Source: Candidatus Eiseniibacteriota bacterium (GTDB taxonomy: Bacteria; Eisenbacteria; RBG-16-71-46). Taken from it: 64,000 nucleotides of DNA. Location: contig JACOSV010000045.1 in NCBI GenBank assembly GCA_016178725.1, positions 51 to 64,050 on the forward strand, read 5' to 3'. Below are positions 61,997 to 64,000 of the stretch, piece after piece. A program made the translations under genes and the position numbers. A model generated the notes under the pieces. It was not told where the DNA came from. It did not search any database and was given only the letters and a program-made list of their open reading frames with translations. Within the stretch, counting starts at the first letter, position 1. Every line of letters starts with the position of its first letter.

Positions 61997-63138
61997 GGAA
62001 ACGCATCCTGCGCCGCGCCGCCGCGGCCTTCGTGGCGATGATCGGTCTGGCGGTCTGCGGCGGCGCGACGTCCGCCGCGAGCGCGCCCGCGAGCGCCCCG
62101 GCGATCAGCGCCTCGCGCCGGACCGCGATCGTCACCGCCGCCGAGCGCGTGAGCCCGGCCGTGGTGTCGGTGAGCGTGGTCGCGACCCGCACCGTGCGCG
62201 CCGATCCGTTCCCGGGGATGTTCCGCGACGAGTTCTTCCAGCGCTTCTTCCCGCCGACCGAGTACCAGGAGAAGGGGCCGGGTCTCGGCTCGGGCGTGAT
62301 CGTGGACCGCTCGGGCCTCGTGCTCACCAACGAGCACGTCGTGCGAGACGCCGACGAGATCGCGGTGACGCTGCCCGACGGACGGCAGATCCCGGCGAAG
62401 GTGCTGGGCTCCTCCGCGCCGTACGACCTCGCGGTGATCAAGATCACGGGCGAGAGCCTGCCGGTCGCGCCGCTCGGCGACAGCGACCGCCTCGTCGTCG
62501 GCGAGTGGGCGATCGCGATCGGCAACCCGTTCGGCTACCTGCTCAACGATCCCCAGCCGTCGGTGACGGCGGGCGTGATCAGCGCCACGCATCGCGACGT
62601 GAAGTCCGAGGCGTCGAGCGGCGGCGGCGTGTACAAGAACATGATCCAGACCGACGCCGCCATCAATCCCGGCAACAGCGGCGGGCCGCTGGTGAATGGC
62701 GACGGCGAGGTGATCGGCATCAACACGTTCATCTTCACGCAGAGCGGCGGCTCGATCGGCCTCGGCTTCGCGATCCCGATCAACCTCGCGAAGAAGATCC
62801 TCGACGAGACGCAGCGCTACGGCCGCGTGCGCGCGGCGTGGCCCGGCATGGCGGTGCAGCCGGTGACGCCGTATCTCGCCCAGCGGCTCGGATACACCGA
62901 CCTCGGCGGCCTCATCGTGACCGAGGTCGTGCCGGGCGGGCCCGCGGCGAAGGCGGGACTCAAGGTCGGCGACAGGATCCGCAAGGTGAACGGGCAGGCG
63001 ATCCATTCGCTCGAGGACGCGCGGCGCGGGATCTACGGCGCCGGCGTCGGTGACCGCATGGCGCTCGGCATCGAGCGCGACGGCCGGCCGCTCGAGGTGG
63101 CGTTCATCCTGATCGAAGCGCCGCGGGGCGCACAGTGA
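61993..63138 (+). CDS. HtrA/DegP-like serine protease (one PDZ)
   Basis: signal peptide, TNEH, DLAV, INPGNSGG. Confidence 0.93.
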   Translation: MRKRILRRAAAAFVAMIGLAVCGGATSAASAPASAPAISASRRTAIVTAAERVSPAVVSVSVVATRTVRADPFPGMFRDEFFQRFFPPTEYQEKGPGLGSGVIVDRSGLVLTNEHVVRDADEIAVTLPDGRQIPAKVLGSSAPYDLAVIKITGESLPVAPLGDSDRLVVGEWAIAIGNPFGYLLNDPQPSVTAGVISATHRDVKSEASSGGGVYKNMIQTDAAINPGNSGGPLVNGDGEVIGINTFIFTQSGGSIGLGFAIPINLAKKILDETQRYGRVRAAWPGMAVQPVTPYLAQRLGYTDLGGLIVTEVVPGGPAAKAGLKVGDRIRKVNGQAIHSLEDARRGIYGAGVGDRMALGIERDGRPLEVAFILIEAPRGAQ

Positions 63139-64000
63139 TCGAGCGCTACGCGCGGCCGGCGATGCTGCGCGTGTGGAGCGATGCGCACCGGCTCGAGCGC
63201 TGGCTCGACGTCGAGCTGGCGGTGACCGCGGCGCGCGAACGGCGCGGCGACGTGCCGGCAGGCGTGACGCGGCGGCTGCGCGCCGGGGCGCGGATCGATC
63301 CCGCGCGGATGGCGGCCATCGAGGCCGAGGTCGGCCACGACGTGATCGCGTTCCTCTCCATGCTCGCGGAGAGCGCAGGCGACGACGCGCGCCACGTGCA
63401 CGCCGGGCTCACGTCGTCGGACGTGGTGGACACGGCGCTCGCGCTTCAGATAGGCGAGGCGGGGGTGGTGCTCGGCGCGACGGTCGCGGACCTGCGCCGC
63501 GCGGTGTGGACGCAGGCCGAGCGTCACCGCGCGACGCCGATGGTCGGCCGCACCCACGGGATTCACGCCGAGCCCATCACGTTCGGCCTGAAGTGCCTGA
63601 CGTGGAGCGAGGAGCTGGGCAGCGACTCGCGCCGGCTGGACGCGGCGCTCGCCGACTGCGCGGTGGGGAAGACGTCGGGCGCGGTCGGGACGCTCGCCCA
63701 TCTCGATCCCGCGATCGAGATCGAATCGCTCGCGGCGCTCGGGCTCGTCCCCGAGCCGGTGGCCTCGCAGGTCGTGCAGCGCGACCGCCACGCCGCGCTG
63801 CTCGCGGCGCTCGCGGTGCTCGGCGGCACGCTCGAGCGAATCGCGGTCGAGGTGCGCCACCTGCAGCGCAGCGAAGTGCGCGAGGCCGAGGAGCCGTTCG
63901 GCGGCAGGCAGAAGGGATCGTCGGCAATGCCGCACAAGCGCAACCCGGTGCGCAGCGAGCGGGTGAGCGGCCTCGCGCGGCTGCTGCGCGGCTACGCCCT
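63135..64000 (+). CDS. purB: adenylosuccinate lyase (3' truncated)
   Basis: MIERY, HDV, GLTSSD, GRTHG, GSSAMPHKRNP. Confidence 0.95.
   Translation, partial: MIERYARPAMLRVWSDAHRLERWLDVELAVTAARERRGDVPAGVTRRLRAGARIDPARMAAIEAEVGHDVIAFLSMLAESAGDDARHVHAGLTSSDVVDTALALQIGEAGVVLGATVADLRRAVWTQAERHRATPMVGRTHGIHAEPITFGLKCLTWSEELGSDSRRLDAALADCAVGKTSGAVGTLAHLDPAIEIESLAALGLVPEPVASQVVQRDRHAALLAALAVLGGTLERIAVEVRHLQRSEVREAEEPFGGRQKGSSAMPHKRNPVRSERVSGLARLLRGYA

Overview
A very GC-rich (roughly 70% by eye) bacterial chromosome segment from a diderm organism (Omp85/TamB, Lnt). All credible genes lie on the + strand; the long minus-strand ORFs are GC shadow frames. Order: 3' end of RNase P RNA, recJ-rel-dtd-maf, rplM-rpsI-rpsB-tsf-pyrH-frr-uppS-cdsA-dxr-GT2-rseP, tamA-like-tamB-(peptidase/propeller/Omp85 hybrid), pcrA-gatCAB-purD-tsaC-ywlE-like-ilvE-rpiB-glyA, an orphan gene behind a sigma54-type promoter, a MoxR/Bat (VWA) operon containing mgtE and two lesions, PAP2, an EIIA-like/zinc-ribbon pair, a lipoprotein, cca, polyprenyl synthase-rsfS-argS-pfkB, an accessory three-gene unit, purM, an input-less sigma54 activator, Gfo/Idh/MocA, lnt, asd, ecfT, truA, htrA and truncated purB. 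The best candidate for a novel system is 52310-54684: an uncharacterised protein, a 17-aa micropeptide (MDDLIIEIINFLGKAGW, near-perfect SD, below the ORF-track cutoff) and a multi-TM HD-GYP phosphodiesterase, suggesting peptide-linked cyclic-dinucleotide signalling. Also notable are a low-GC in-frame patch in gatB and degenerate catalytic motifs in EIIA, ArgRS and Cca. Taxonomy (possibly FCB group, e.g. Ca. Eisenbacteria-like) is only a guess. No database searches were run.
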